Assembly: GCA_013265495.1 (NCBI GenBank)
Contig: MU057713.1
Coordinates: forward strand, 4,757 to 68,756
Direction of reading: 5' to 3'
Origin: Vicugna vicugna
Taxonomy: Eukaryota
DNA length: 64,000 bases
The notes under the pieces are model-generated. The model ran no database searches. It was not told the DNA's origin and worked only from the letters and a program-made list of their open reading frames with translations. The position numbers and the translations under genes were made by a program. Below, in pieces: positions 37,576 through 53,084 of this stretch (positions are counted from its first letter, which is position 1; every line of letters starts with the position of its first letter).

Positions 37576-40154
37576 CAAGGGCGTGCTCCAGGTGGACAGG
37601 GATCATGCTCTAATTAGTAACTACTGCAGTTGGGGAAATTAAATGAGATAATACCTACCATGCACTTAGCTTGCCCAGCACACTAAGTAAATGCTTTCCT
37701 ATTTGATTTTGTTGCTTTGATCATATATGAGCATTCTTAATAAAGAATATTTATACACAAAATTTTTAATATTGATTGATTTTCACTGCATTATACAACA
37801 AAATAAAATCGTATTCATACCCTTAAAATCCAATTATATTTGAAGGGACATTAAAAAATTACAGTGCTCTTGTCTGCTTAAGGCACTTCAAGTAAATGAG
37901 TAAAGATGAAAGAATTCCAATTGGTTAAAAATTACTCAGAAAATGTCTTCTTACGCATATGAAAAATAAATAGATCTAGGATTCATGATTCATAATGATA
38001 ATATTTCTAATGAAAATATAAAATCTTCATAATATCAAGTGAAGTTCACTTTTCCTTATGTGAGAACCAGACAATAAAAGCTGCATGACCACTGGGGTCT
38101 GGAGTTCACACTAATGGCTAAGGGCTGTAAATCCTAAAAGCAGAATGTGACTTCTTTTAGTAGATATTCCACAGAGAAAGAATGTCCAAACATTAAAAGA
38201 AGTGAATCACAGTCTTTTTTTTCCTGAGGATTCCAACGATGTTATCAAAGTTTTTTTCCTCAACTCTTACAAGTTCCTACAGCACCTTTCCCCTCTGCGT
38301 CTTTCATATCATATAATTAGCACATAATTATGTGCTCTTTCACACTGGCAAGACTATTCTTTTATTAAGACTCCTTGAAAAGTTCTTTATTATTTATCTT
38401 TGAAAGTGAGTTTGAAATCAAAAGGCTTTCACGACCTTTCCTTGCTTTCTTTCTGACTTTGGAGTTCTTTAAGGTAATATAGTGGATGGTTACAGATGTC
38501 AGATGCAGTCGTAAGTTTTCACCTTTAAGTGAAACAAAGGTTTGCATCCTCCTTTCTCTCCAGATTAAATGTTTGGGGTTTTGAAGAGCATGTATGCAAA
38601 ATACTGATGTTCCAAAAAGGCTGTCTGTTCTTTGCCTTTTCCCCTTGTTAGGACAACTAGAAAATGGGTTAGAACAATAAGCTTCCTGAATCTAGTACAA
38701 AGACAGAAGGAGGATATAATTAGCATTTATGGGAAGTACAATATAAATTCCAAATTAGTCTTAACTGAGGAATTCACCCAGCCCCTGATCTGTAGTCAGT
38801 TCTGGAAAGTATCGTGCATCTCTGCCAAGGCCAAACAAGCCTCATTGCTGCTTTTGGCTGACTGCTCTTTCCCTAACGTTCAGTCTACCAAAGCACTCCA
38901 GATTGGATATGAGCAATTATGAGGGAGGGTGTCCATTATTGCAAATTTTAATCATTTCTCAAGCCATTTTGCTTGCAGTGATAATCCCACAAGACCAACA
39001 TATCCCGCATAAGAAACCCAAATAGCTTTTGGCTGAGAGCAGCTCTTCAGTTACTTGGTAACCTATTCCTGATGAACTTCTACACTTCCCCCTTTGTGGC
39101 GAGGACCTGCCAAATCAGGGCTTCCCTGGCTTCCTGGCTCACTACAGCCATGGCCGCCTTACTACAGCCTGGCAAGTGGACAGTAACACCAATGATGAAA
39201 ATAACGATCCAATTTCTTCTCAATAATGTTGCTGCTGTTTATACGTGGCAAAAACTACCTCTTTCCGACACTTCCACTGTGGGCAAAGTAATGTGCCAGA
39301 ACGATTTCAAGAATTTTTCTTATCGCCTATACTTTTGGGACTATCTCCATGGAAATGGAGGAACCATAATAACCTGATGACGCTGGAAACTTTGCTTCTT
39401 TGGGGCCTCAGGGAAATTCACCCAAACTGGACTTTGTGAGCCAAACTAACGTTCATAAGTAAACATCATTTTGCCTAGCCAGTTGAAATGCCCTGGTGAC
39501 CCTTTGGTTGAAAATATCTAAGTAGCTTCATTTTCACGAGCAATCTTTTTTCTTGTGAAGGAAAACAAATAATAATAATTTGCTTTGATTGTGCTCAAGA
39601 AGCTCCTTCTCTCAAGTCTCCTCCTTCTCTTACACATAATGATTTTTCCTTTTTAAATGAGAATCATAGACTCTCAGGATTGGGAGGAATCTTAAAAATA
39701 ATTTCATACAAATACCTACTTACGCATGAAACCTCTCTACAATCTCTTCAAAGAGGTCTTTCATTAACAGGTGTCTCTGGGGCAAGAGAGATGAAGGAAA
39801 AATAGAAAGGGCGCTCCACTGTATGTGGGGTACCACCTTACAATGGAAACAAACCAGAGGACCTAGATGTGGTCATCTCTGCTCATGAGTTCTCATCCAT
39901 CTGGTTTCACCATATTATGAGGAATTTTTGAAGCTAAGTCGTCAATTTAAAGTTTGGACTATTGAGAATACAGCCCAACAGGGAGTGAAGCAACACTTCT
40001 GAAAGAATTTATTATGAGAATTTAGATCACATGGTCTTGAACCTTTTCATTTCAGTGATCCAAACAGTTAGAAATAGTGATAAAGGTCTACCTCATATGA
40101 ACAGAATTATAGAAAAACTTTCATCACTATTACTTATTGAATAAGATAAATGAC

Positions 40155-40410
40155 CTAGTATAAACTACAGGTTAAGAGAGTAGGTTCAGGAATGAAAATG
40201 TATGGTCTGAACCCTAACTTCCCATTAATGAGCTGAATGACCTTGAGAAGTCACTTAACACTTTGAAGTTTTCGTTTACTCAGCTGTAAAAAGGAGATAA
40301 TAATATTACCTTCCTCACCGGGCTATTAAGAGGATGAAATGAGCTAATTGACATGAAACACATTATTCAGTATATGGCATATGTTTTAAGTATCTAATAA
40401 ATGTTAGCTT
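40155..40410 (+). mobile_element. MIR SINE, near full length
   Basis: ggttaagagagtagg...gctgaatgaccttgagaagtcacttaac...gaggatgaaatgagctaat...aataaatgttagct. Confidence 0.8.
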
Positions 40411-41691
40411 CTTCGTGTCTACTGACATATTAAAGGCAGAATTTAGACATAGCTCACTATTTTTTAAAACTTTCAAAATCTTAAATCTTCAGGAATTTCT
40501 ATGCATGCTATTTTAAATTAAGGATTAATAGTGTTAGTAAAAAATTTTTTTCATGCTATAAATGGCTTATATGGAAATTTCACATTGCCAGAATGGTTTT
40601 AACAAATCAATATGGATTGTATCATGTGCTAACTGAATAAAACAATTCTCATTAACTGATCATGCCCTCCATGGGTTTTGGAAAGGCGTGTGAGCATTTA
40701 ACCGACAAGTTAAGAGTCACGAAAAATTTGACAAAATATAAAGTTATTATTTATGATAAACTTGCTTATTTCTGTGTATGTCTGAATAGTCAGTAGACTA
40801 AAGATATTACGCAACATTATATATCTGATGGGATTTTAAAATAATCCTCTTGAATATGTCCCGACAAAGTTTTTAAAAACTGCCGTTGCTAAACAATATT
40901 GTAAATTAACCCATCCCTAGTTTTATGTTACTTTTTACAAAACATTCTTCTGTTCTAGTCCCTAATTATCCAATTCTAATCAATAGTCAGCTTTCCCCTT
41001 GGAGCAAAAAGCAAAATAAGACAGAACTTTCATTTGCTGATTCCACAAAGAATTTAAATTCTTACAGTCCAGAAATATCCACTGAGGTAATTAGAAAACT
41101 CAAAGAATACAGCTAACTATTTTCCACTTCTCTCCTCTCCCTGAGAAACCACTCATTGCAAGCTAAGTGCATCACTGTCTGCAGAGCATTTCTTTCATAT
41201 TGACCCTGAGATGTGAAAACTCCTCTTGGTAACTCATTATGATGATTACAGTCTTGACCATTAGAAAACTATTTATTGATCCAGAAATCAGGAGGATCAA
41301 AATAATTACTTTGACAAAAATGAAAGAATCTTAGTCGGGAAGTGTTTATTGACTCATATATAAATCTCCTTTTTTTCAGAATGTATTCAGATTACTATGC
41401 GGCTGAATAATGAGGGGTTAGGGCCACCTTCCCAGCCTTTAACGTGCACCCTCGGTGGGGGGGGGTGCACCTTACTGTGAGTACCTGTGCACGAACAAAC
41501 TATGTGTTAGATAACATGACAGTTGACGGCAATCTACAGAAGATGTTATTCTGAGTGAAATTAAAATGTGCTATGGAAAAAAGTGAATTAAGGAGAAAAT
41601 GGGGACAAATGTACTATGGAAGCAGTGCTCTCTCATCCCGCAACCACCGCTTAAAGACGTCATCGCACAAGCTCCCGGCGCTGTGAATTCA

Positions 41692-41916
<225 letters not shown>

Positions 41917-42794
41917 TTAATGCTATGGGAGCACATTTAAAGAGGAACAAAAGCCACCTGTTTTTCCCACCAGTGGGTAGATTACGTTTTAAAGCATGCT
42001 TCTTTTTTTTTTTTTTTTTGTCCAAAGGGAATAAATCTAGATTTTCAGACTAAAAACAGTTTTTAAAAATTTTATTATGGAAAGAATACTTAACACTTTA
42101 AGAAGGTAGATCGCATGTTAAGTGTATAATACAGTACTGTTAATGATGGGCACATTTTTTAAGGATTTCTTCATGCAAACATATAAGCTTCATGAAAACT
42201 AAGGTATTGGAAAGAAACTATGTGGATGTATGTATGTACTGATTTACACAAACATATAAGGAAATGAGTCCATGATCAGTTTGGAATCAATATTTTATAA
42301 TCAATGTAATATTTTCCGCCAGTAGGCTAAAATCAGGAAGGTGTTGGAGTCAACGTAATTTTTTTTTAACCGTGGTCAGTAATCATCATCACAAGGAATG
42401 CACCAGGCTAATGTAAGCACTTAAATTATTATTTATGATAACATCAATTATATAGCCCTGCATAAATACTTATGGCCTATTGTAATTAGGTGCATCCTCC
42501 AATAAAGAATGTTTTTTATGAGTCTCTATAACAATATTTCAGGTGAGTTCTGGCCATAACTAAACACTCCCTAATATGTATGGTATTTATTTTTTCATCG
42601 TTAGGAACCATGCATGGGTTTAGGTACCCATATTATTTAATCATCTATCTTCATCTTTCCTTTGCCAATATATTTACACACATACACTCGCTCTCCACAG
42701 GCACATCAGTATTTCATGGTATCAAAGTGAGAAGCGCATGGACTCGTTGCAACCTCTTCATAATGCTTTTTGCCACAAAGCTGCATATTGCTTA

Positions 42795-43199
<405 letters not shown>

Positions 43200-44669
43200 T
43201 TAGAGGCACATTAAATATAGCTCTATAAGGGAGCCACCATGCATGAAACTAGAAATACAATGATGCTGACTCCACAATGCAGATTTGATTTCCTTCCTAA
43301 ATGTGGTAGGACCATTTCCATCAGTAAATGCTTGGTGAAGCAGGAACAATTAGTGACTAGATTAGAATGAGCTGTTGGAAGAGTCTAAAATATAGAGGCA
43401 ATACGTGGTACCATCAAAAACATACTTATTTGCATATGACTTTTTTTTAAAACATCTTTTTGTTCCACATGTTTATCAAAATAAGATAACCCCCTGGACA
43501 AAGTGCTCTGTTCTGGGGCTGAGATGAGACTTAAGGTGGGCGGGGTTGATAAAGGTTATATTCTTCTTCTAGGGCTGAGCGGAAGGGCCAGGCAGGGAAC
43601 TGCTTTTCAGGAACAAGGAGGCAGAAGGGGGAATCCACCTCCTCAGGATTCTTCCCTGGAAATGAACAAATTGGATGATTTCTGAAATTGCTGCCATTTT
43701 CCTGAAAATCCCATTCAGTCTCAAGACCCACAAATCTCTCCCTTCAGTTTTGCCTGAGGGGACAACGGCCACCAAATGGCAACAGCCACAACCAGAACTT
43801 GGATGGATTTATACCTCGCGTGGAAAACCCAGTCCACTAAGCAGTGAGGCTCCCTCGCCCACTTTCTTAACCTCACAGTAAGGCTACTGAAATATTTTTG
43901 GGCGATTGAAATTTTTGGACCCCACTTACCACATCATGATAGAGTTCGAGTTTGCCTTCATTGTTTTTTGGGGTTTTTTTTGTTTTTTTGTTTTTCACCT
44001 CAGCATTTCTACTTCAAACTATTAACACTACTGTGAAATGATAAAGCAGAAGTTTCATCTGCCAAAAATAAAAACGGCTTAAAATCAAAAACGTGTTGAA
44101 ACACTATGCTTTCAGAAATTTTAAAGCATGTGATTGATACAAAAACAGACAAATAGAAAAGTAGGAGATTTGAAGTTGTTTCATGTTATAAACATACTGA
44201 GACCCATTTTGTAAGTGAGATCAGTACATCATGCATTTATATTAATCTTCTCCTTAGAGATGAGGAACCACTGGCCAGTGACTCAAGTTAGATAGCTTGG
44301 ATTTGTCTTAGAGAACAAATCACATATGGTGTCCACCTCACCCCTCATGTGAGACCAAGAAACTTAGATATGACATACAGTTGTGAACAAAATCCTCAAA
44401 AGAACTTTCAAGAAGCAGATACCATTTCCAATGTCGCAAAGATTTTTCTGCCACAATAGGTACACGTGGAGAATTCTCTGTTTTTGATTCCAACACCAGG
44501 CTACCTCTACAAAAGCTAACAACCTGAGAGCCAGACTGTTCCTACACTCTGGCTCTAGAAAATATTTTCTTAGCTAAGGATGGTTCAGTTTGTTTTAATT
44601 TACTGAAAGCTTTATGTAATATACAAGTCAATATCCTGCTTTCTACGCTGAACCACACTCAGTTGCGTT

Positions 44670-46750
44670 TTAACTGAGTCAATACTACATATGAGATACA
44701 GCTTTGAGTACTGGGGATGCAACAACGCATAAGGAGGACACAGACTCTCCCCGCAAAGAGCTCATATTCCTGTGGAGGAAACAAATAATGAATAGGTGTT
44801 AATGATTAAGACAGCATTAGGCGTTCTAGCTCCTGGGAGGAAATGCAGTGAAGTGACTGGGAATAATCAGGCTGGGAAGGAAGGCAGGTTTCTCTGAGAG
44901 TCTCAGGGAAGACCCCTCTGAGGAGGTCACCTGAATGATGGCCTGAGTGATGAGAAGGAAGTGGCCACTATAAAGAGCTAAAAAAGGAAGAGCTTTCCAA
45001 AGAGAAGGAGCAGCAAATGACAAGGTTCTAAAATGGGGTGATGTGGGGTGTGTTCCCAGGACAGCAAGACGACCGGCGTGGCTGATCCACCGAGAGGCCG
45101 AGGAAAACGCGGCACAGGAAGGGGGTGTCTGGGCGGGGATGACACGGGAAGGAGGCTGGATTTTATTCTCATTGCAAGGGAAAGCCTTTGGGTGGAAATG
45201 CTGTCATCTCATTCATTAGAAGTTTGCTCAGACTGCTCTTTAGAGAATGGACTGAGGAAAGCAAGAGAGGATCAGGGAGACCGGCTAGGAAGGGGGTGCA
45301 GGAGTTCCGGTGATAAAGGATGGGACGTAGGCTACCGGCGGCAGAGCTGGGAAGAAGTAGCGGGCGGGGGTGTTTCAGTGAAGAGTTGGCTTGACTTTGC
45401 TAATGGACTGCATGTGAGCTGTGAGGGAAAGAAGAACCAAGGGTTACTCCTAACCTTGTCCTGAGGAATTCAAAGTTGGTGGTTCAGGTAGACACAGGAG
45501 CCCTGGGAAAGGGGAGTTTGGCAAAAGTTGGGTTGGGTCAGAGTGACCACAGTACATTTTGTCTGTGTTAAGTCTGAGACTCTTACAAGACACGCAAGGA
45601 AAGATGTAAACCAGGCAGCGACATTTGTGAAATGGAGCTCAGGGAAGAGACCTGGGCTGCAGACACACCTAAGAGATCTAGGTTGACAGGTGGTATTTGA
45701 AGCCCTGCACTGGACCAAGTTACCAGGGCAAAGCTACCAACAGTGAAGCAGGGAGAGAGTCGTCCAAAAGCTAAACCCGGAAGGAGAAGACAGCAAAAAA
45801 GACGGAGAAGAAGCAGTGCATGAGATAAGAGGAAAAGAACATGAGATAAAGCCATGGAAAACCCAAGAATAAAATATTTCAAGAAGGAGGCATTGATCAC
45901 TTATGCCAAATGCTGCTGAAAGATTTAATAAATGAAGAGAAATAACTGTCCACTAAAAAAGTAATATGATGGAGCAGTTCAGAACATAGCCTCCAGAAAC
46001 CAGAGTAGCTGGGTTCAAATCTCAGCTCCTCCTAACAGCAGTGTCACCTTGGGCAAATCAGCAAGTACCTCTGACTAGCACTTTTTCATACCTCAGAGGG
46101 ATGTACTAATAGCACCATCGTCCTATGGGCGGTTGGAGGATTCAATGAGTTACTATGTATAAAGTGTTTCGAACACTGCCTGCCTCAGAGCAGGCACCCT
46201 GCGTTCGCTATTATTAGCATTGATCCTGGTAAAAATCATTTTAGTGGCAAGATGAAAATAAGAGCATGATTAAAGTAACTTTATTAGGGAATGAGATGTA
46301 AAACTGTGCAGACAATAATAAAAATTTGTTCCAAGGAACTTTTTTCCGGGAAGGGAAGAAGGAAATGAAGCAACAGCTGGAATGAAGCAAAGGGTCACTG
46401 AACTTCTTTTTAATGGCTGCCATAAAGGCGTGCTTGCTCGCTGGAATAATCTGGAAGAAAGAGAAACTGACAATATAGGAGAGAAAGTGAGGAATTAGGA
46501 AAGAATGTTCTTGAGAGGAAAATGGAATCGAGACTGAGGGCATCTGGGAGGTTGGTACTGGGTTGTCATGGGGACATTTAATCCATTTTAACAAAAGTGA
46601 AGGTGGGGTAGGTGAATAGAGTCTGGGTGGTGTGAGGGGATTAGGTGGTGAGAAAATGACAGAGTTTTGTATCAGACTCATTTTGCTATGAAATACGAGA
46701 GATGTTTGAGAAGAAAAATCAGAATATGAAATAGACATCTCAAAGAGGAA
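44670..46750 (-). mobile_element. Long L2 LINE remnant interrupted by a MIR (~45965-46220)
   Basis: L2 motifs cagggaagacccctctgaggaggtcacctgaatg, ggagctcagggaagagacctgggctgcagacac and tgccaaatgctgctgaaaga. MIR core at 46010-46170. Confidence 0.75.
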
Positions 46751-47229
46751 AAGTCAGTTTCTTGTGAAGGAGCAGTAGGACTCACCGGCAGGGAGGTGGC
46801 TGATGCACACCGGAAACTAGAGGACGCAGGAGATGCAGAGGGGGTGGGGTTACAGCACATGGGGGTGAACATCTGTGTGATGGCAGATTATTTGGGATGC
46901 TTGGACTTCTGATAGCAACTTAGGGAAACAGAGATGTTGAGTCATGATGAGATTTGTCCTGCAAGTCTTTGAATGGAAGTCACATTAGAGATGAGATTAT
47001 GAGGGCTCCTTCAGACAGTGAGGCTGTTGGGCAGAGCACTGAGCTGAGACAGTTTCAGGGAGAGCTGCATGGTGGCTGGGCTCTCTTCTTGTCCCTTCCA
47101 CACAACGGCAGAAGCCAGGCGTACACAGTGAGGTGATCTCCCCTGAGAAAGATGTGCCATTTCAGCATCTATCAAGGCCATTTTACCATCTCTGTTATGA
47201 GGAGATTTTATCAGACAGTGGGGGGAAAA

Positions 47230-47400
47230 ATGAGCAGGTGAAAAATCTGCATCTGGCTTCCCCCTCCCAATGCCAGTATCAAAAGGCCAAATTCTACTCT
47301 GCCTGACAAGAAAAATCGTATTTCTCCACCCCATGAATTACATTTAGATGTGGTGATGTGACTTGCTTTGGCCAAAGAAATGAAAGCTAAAAGTAACTTA
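47230..47400 (+). mobile_element. MaLR LTR fragment (MLT1J-like)
   Basis: gatgtggtgatgtgacttgctttggccaaagaaatgaaagc. Confidence 0.55.
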
Positions 47401-48764
47401 CCAGCAAAAGCAAAGGACATCAGTCTGTGTGGGTACTTTAATGGCGAATGTGTCTTTCACCAGATTCCTCCCCACAACCCAGGGCAATCAATTATGGCCT
47501 TTTTTTTTTTTTTGGTAAAACGTTATTGTAAAAGAATAAAGATTTCAGATAGGTACAAATTAGGAAGTAAGAAATCCCCTGAAACCTTACCACTCAGAGC
47601 TAACCATCTTCCATGTTTTGAGGAACATTTTTCCAGATAGCTCTCCTTGCATACTGTACACAAGTAGAAATGCAAGTCTGATTTTCTATGAATGGGATTC
47701 CATGACACCAATGATTTTGTTTCCTACATTTTGATAAAAAAAAATATGCCCTGGGCATCTTCCATGCCAAAAAATACGAATCTAAACTGTCATTTTTATG
47801 TCGATACACACGTTTAATCTTAAGGCTTTAGGGATCTATCATGGTTCACTTAGCTAAACCCAAAGCTGCAAATTTATGAATCAAAATAACACTTTAATAT
47901 ATTGGTCAATCCTATGATCCCCCCCCCCAACACGTTCTTTATAGTGGGGACTGTATGAACCTGAATCCCAGGTGAAGAGAGCTGGACTCGAGTCCCCACC
48001 AACCACGATGGGCCTGCGAGGGACAAACAACTCTTGAGGTGTTGCAGGTCCCTAAAATGCGGTGGCGGTCTGTTTCCGCCGCAAAACCCTACCCTGACTG
48101 CACGGCAGTACTTCCCACCGCTTCCCAGGTTGTGCAATAGGACGTGTTCTTCCAAACGTGTTAGTCAGAGGACAAGTCAGTGGAGCGTGATAGCCCAAAA
48201 CCCAGATTGTTCCAGTTTATTTGAGTCAATGCAGAGTGACTAGAAACAAGAAAATGTTCTTTAGATGTTCACAGAATTCAAAGACTTGGAAAGAATTATT
48301 TTACAATAAGAGTTGTGTTGGCTAAGCTCAGTGTGTCAGAGCTCTGATGAAGAAAGTGTGCTTCTTTCTTCTTTGAGGAGCAAGGAGGTGGAATGATGCC
48401 CGTAGGGGACAACGAAGAAAAGGATGAGGAATGAGCTGCACCGGGAAGGAGAGAGGTGTGTCTCCCTTCAGAGAACATGGGACCAAATGTTAAGGGCTTA
48501 ATAATAAAGGCCACGTGAAAGAGCAGAACTTACAGACCCAAGGCTTTTCTGCCCTGACCTTTCTCTTCACTGCCTACGAATAAAATGCATACACACAGGT
48601 TGGGTTTCCTTGTGAGAAATAGGATTTTGTGAAAAATCTCTTGTTAGCTTTTGCTCTCCTTATTAAAATTAAAGTTGTGAAGCTTTTTGTGGGGGAATGA
48701 CAGAGGAATAATTAACCTTTTAAAAATAGAATAGATGATAGATAGGTAGACGTGGGTGTGTGGG

Positions 48765-48809
48765 TGGATGGATGGATGGTTGGATGGATGGATGGATGGA
48801 TGGATGGAT
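48765..48809. repeat. (GGAT)n tetranucleotide microsatellite
   Basis: Direct reading. Confidence 0.9.
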
Positions 48810-51800
48810 AATCCTGCACTCAAAGGGTTTGAAGGCAGGGATAGGGAGAATATTGACTGGTTAATGTTTTAAAAAGTGCCAGTAAATATGATAAGTGAAA
48901 TACCCTAAAACAGGGAAATGAATCTTCTAGGGAATTTTAGGTCACCTTGGCGTGGCATACATAGACACATACATGGTTTTCTTATTTGTCTGCTGTATAC
49001 CTTAACTTTTTATGATCACCAAATTCTTGTAGACAAAGACTAATTTTTCATGTAAACAACTCAGTATGTGGTATTTGTTTAATAAATGGTGAACAAGCAA
49101 TTTAAGAAGGTAAAACTAATTCCTGCGGTTTTCCTTTAAAAGGTTAATGAGACTGTAAAAAAAAAAAAAAAACTCTAGCAGTTACTAGAATTCTCTACAC
49201 AGAGTCAGGGCTCATGATAAACTAACCTAATTAAATATTAGGGCTTTCCAAATTAACAAAATAGCTTCCCAGACAATCAGTAAGCATCGTACTCAAATGA
49301 TACAAGACCCCCTGGAGAAGATTTAAATGAAAAAAAGAACAAACTAAAAATTTTCTTCATGCCACCACTGCCAAGTCACAAAAGATAGACCAAGACAACA
49401 AAAACACACCTTTCTGTTGTTTTTTCCTCCCTGGATGTGATGCAGAAACACAAAGAGTTGCCGCCTACATTTTTTGGGAAATGACACTGGATACACAAAG
49501 GTTTAATTCTCATGAAAATAGGAATACCAGGGTCCTGTCCAGCTCTAACTGTTGCCTTCCAAGCTTAGTACTCCTACATCTCATTTCAACAACAGGATCT
49601 GGCCCTGTTGGTTCCCCAGAAACATGGCCTTAAGTGACTGCCTCTAAAATTATATCTCAAGATTCTTAAATATTCTGCAAAGCTATTATGACTGGAATAT
49701 TTTGGCATGAAGTCCTATAAGGCATATTAGCAAAACCTTTGTTTCCAACTGCTTTTTACCTTCTCTGTAAGAAACTGAATTAAATAGCATTTGGTTTGTA
49801 TGTGTGCATAAATTTTAAAAAATTATATATATACACACATGCTAATATATAATTATATACACATACATTTATACATGTGTTCATATGGTCACATTTTATT
49901 CATCACCTATAAAACAGCTATAAATACACAAGTGTGAAAAATGGGTTCCCAGTAGAATACTATGTATACAGATCATTTTGAGTAGTGGGTACTGGTCTTT
50001 GATTAATAGGAGCACAAAACACTGCATATTGCATTCTGTGTGTATGAATAATTCATTCATTCTGGAAACAGCTTCAGGAATAACAGCAATTGGTAACACC
50101 TATTGAATATTCACCGCATCGCAAGGATTATTCCATTTTATCATCACAGCAACCATTAAAGAGGAAGCTAATTACCCCCAGTTTATCCTTAGTTTAAACT
50201 GAGCCACGGAAATGGCAAGTAACTTACTCATGGTTAAAATAGCTGGTAAGAGACAAAACCAGAGATGAGAATATAGGCAGTTTGCTTCCAGAAACCATGA
50301 TCTTAAACACCATCATGTAATTCCTTCTCTAAGAGCTCCATGCACATGCCACAGACTGCACTTCCAGATGACGGGCAGGACAGCACACTGTCCCTACAAG
50401 CAATGCGTGGTGGCCTCAAAAAGACATGGGCTCTGGGACTGAAATACCTCCGTGCGAGTCTGCCACGACCTACACGAGAGCAGAAGCTTAAGTCCATTCA
50501 CCTTTCAAAGCGCTGGTTTGTTCACCTCTAAAATGGCTCCACATGAAGACCAAATGAGATAATGTATGTGAGACTGCTTTTCAATGGTATAGCATTACTT
50601 AAATGTTATCTTTCTTCATGTAGCTAACAAATATCAAAATGATGCAACATATATAAATTTAAAAAATAGAGCTATTAGGGAAAGTTATCTACATCCTATG
50701 AAAGTTCTAACTTCATATTTCAAAAAGTCTCTCTCTATATATACTTAATTGTGTTGACATGAGATGCATGTAAAAAAAATTTAATCTGAGACAAGTTACA
50801 GAAGAGAGTAAATTTAGCATCAAATTGTGAATTTTTCCTACTTGGTTTCCTCTCCATTAGATTTCAGTTCTTATTTGTATTCTGATTTGTCTCATTGATT
50901 CTGAAATTTTGTTTGTCTCCATACACTCCTATTTAATAGTTTTACCCAGCCTGACTAGCTCCCCAGAGGTGTGCATTACACCTAAGCAGAAATAAAGCAT
51001 CACCTGCATGCACCGATAGGCACCTGAAATGCAAGCTAGTTAGTGGATTTGGGTTGCTGTAAATCACGTTGAACAGGGAAAAAATGTGCTGAAACAAAAA
51101 CCTTAAGAGACAGCTAATTTCTCACTTTAATTCATTAGAATGGAAAAATAGGGCACAGTTTCAGACTTTCATGCTGAAGCAATCTAATTAAAAGAAATGA
51201 CCATTTAAAAAGCTCAATGAAATTTCAAAAGTTCACAGAATTTATGAAGTCAGGATGATCGGGAAGGAACTAACCAAATGCCAGAGACATTTTACAAAGC
51301 TTGTTTTCTAAAACTGCTCCAGTTTTATGGAGAAAAAAATAAAATGGGGGGGGGGGACAGATTGCCACTAAAGGGTAGCAGTCCTAGTAACAGTGCGGTC
51401 TCCATCAAGAGAAGGGAACTCTCAGCCAGAGGACGTCCCTCGGTCTGCGTGAAGAGAAGGAGGCAGAACAGGAGATGCGCTTGGGGGAGCTTTAGATGCA
51501 CTGCCCCTCAGCTCAGGCAGGAACACCCAAGTCCACATCTTACATGACAAGTGATGTTGAGGGAGGTAAATGTCAGGACTACTGGTCTCCTTATCAGTTG
51601 TCCAGAAACTTCTGCTCGTAAGGCCTGCTCTGAAAAAGTGGAGCGATGCAATCCATCTTTCGGGAAATCAGAAGGAAAAGTCACAGAACTGCCACATGGA
51701 AGTGGACTCCTGAGCCCAGAGGTCATTTGGCATCAGGAGTCAGGTGACCGGAGGCGAGCTCTGTGTGAGCCCCTGCCTCCTGGTGCTGAGAGACGGGACT

Positions 51801-52629
51801 TGGAGGAGGCGGAAGAGGGAGCTAAGCACATGGCGGAGGGAAGGGACAAGAAAGCAGCACTTCCACCAGCTGCCTTGTGTCTGCTTCCCTGACCGCAGCT
51901 CCTGACATGTTCCATAGATGGGCTTTCAGTGAGCCCCTCTTCCCCTGAGGTAATTTGATGATGTCTCTGTTCTTTGACCCCAAAAGCACTGACTGGGATA
52001 TTTCTCTTCTTAAAATTAAAGTTATAATTAACAAAAGCTAATTATCAACCAGAAGTATCCTCTACCCCTACTTTTAAGAGCAAGAGACAGATTTCCACCT
52101 TCAAAGTAGGATCTGGGAAGTTCACAATTCAAGCCTCACTTTCTATATTTACCTCATAGTGGAAATGGACACTTCAAAAGATGACCCCAAGGCCATGGCC
52201 AATTACTCTGCAGGTAAAATGATCCAATGTATTTTTTAAAAATGTTTACAATGGCAAAAGTTTAAAAGTGGATTTCCTGTTTAATCCCAAGTTATACCCC
52301 CAAAGTGTGAAGAATCAGAACGTCTCCAATTCCTACACGCTGAGAATCACACTGTTCCTTTATGATTAATAAGATTCCCGTACGAGAGTTTATGAAATCT
52401 GTATTTTGGACATATTTCTTATCTCTGTGAAGTCACTCATCTTAACTGGACCGTGTAATATTCATTATAAAGTCAACCTGCGTCTTCATATTGCTTTATG
52501 TACAAAACAGTTTGATTGCTGTTGATTCCATGAGAACACCCAAGTCCAAAAGGTAAGAGCACAGCAGAGCGGTGCGGGTGAGGACTCTGAAGTCAGGTGG
52601 TCTGGGTTTGAGTCCCAGCTTGGAAAGAG

Positions 52630-52985
52630 AGCATCAACCTATTCACCAGGCCTCCTTTTTCCTTCTTCCTGGGCACACGACTAGACTACACTTCCCAGCC
52701 TCCCTTGCGTGGGACGCATGGAACGTGGGCACAAGTGAGATACGCTTCTTCAAGACCACGCCTATGAACACCTCCCGCTGTGTCGGCCACTCTCTCTCTC
52801 CCCCTTCCAGACAGATGTCAGTGCCAAAGGGGACCCCGCAGAGCCACCATCAGCCTGTGTCCCTGAGCGACTCCGAGGAGAGGTCCACCCCCCAACACTC
52901 ACTGGTTTAACACGCACAAGAAATAAGCAGGCTGTGTTAAACCAGTAGGATTTGGAGGTTTGTTAGTTACAAAAGCCAGTATCAA
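52630..52985 (+). mobile_element. MaLR LTR (MLT1I-like)
   Basis: ttcctgggcacacgactagactacacttcccagcctcccttgc...tgtgttaaaccagtaggatttggaggtttgttagttaca. Confidence 0.65.
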
Positions 52986-53084
52986 TTAATATGCAATAAT
53001 ATTCTTATTAATGGACTTAGGAAGGAGTTGGGTACAATCTAAGTGCTTCATAAGGGAAATTACACAGGGAATAAGAGGAACAGT

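Noticed and set aside
38319..38336. Perfect 18-bp palindrome AGCACATAATTATGTGCT
   Set aside because: About 64000/4^9, roughly 0.25, are expected by chance, and more in AT-rich DNA. No other support.
41444..41470. Short hairpin gtgcaccctc...gggggtgcac in the intron after the penultimate exon
   Set aside because: The 10-bp stem depends on a G homopolymer and is not distinguishable from chance.
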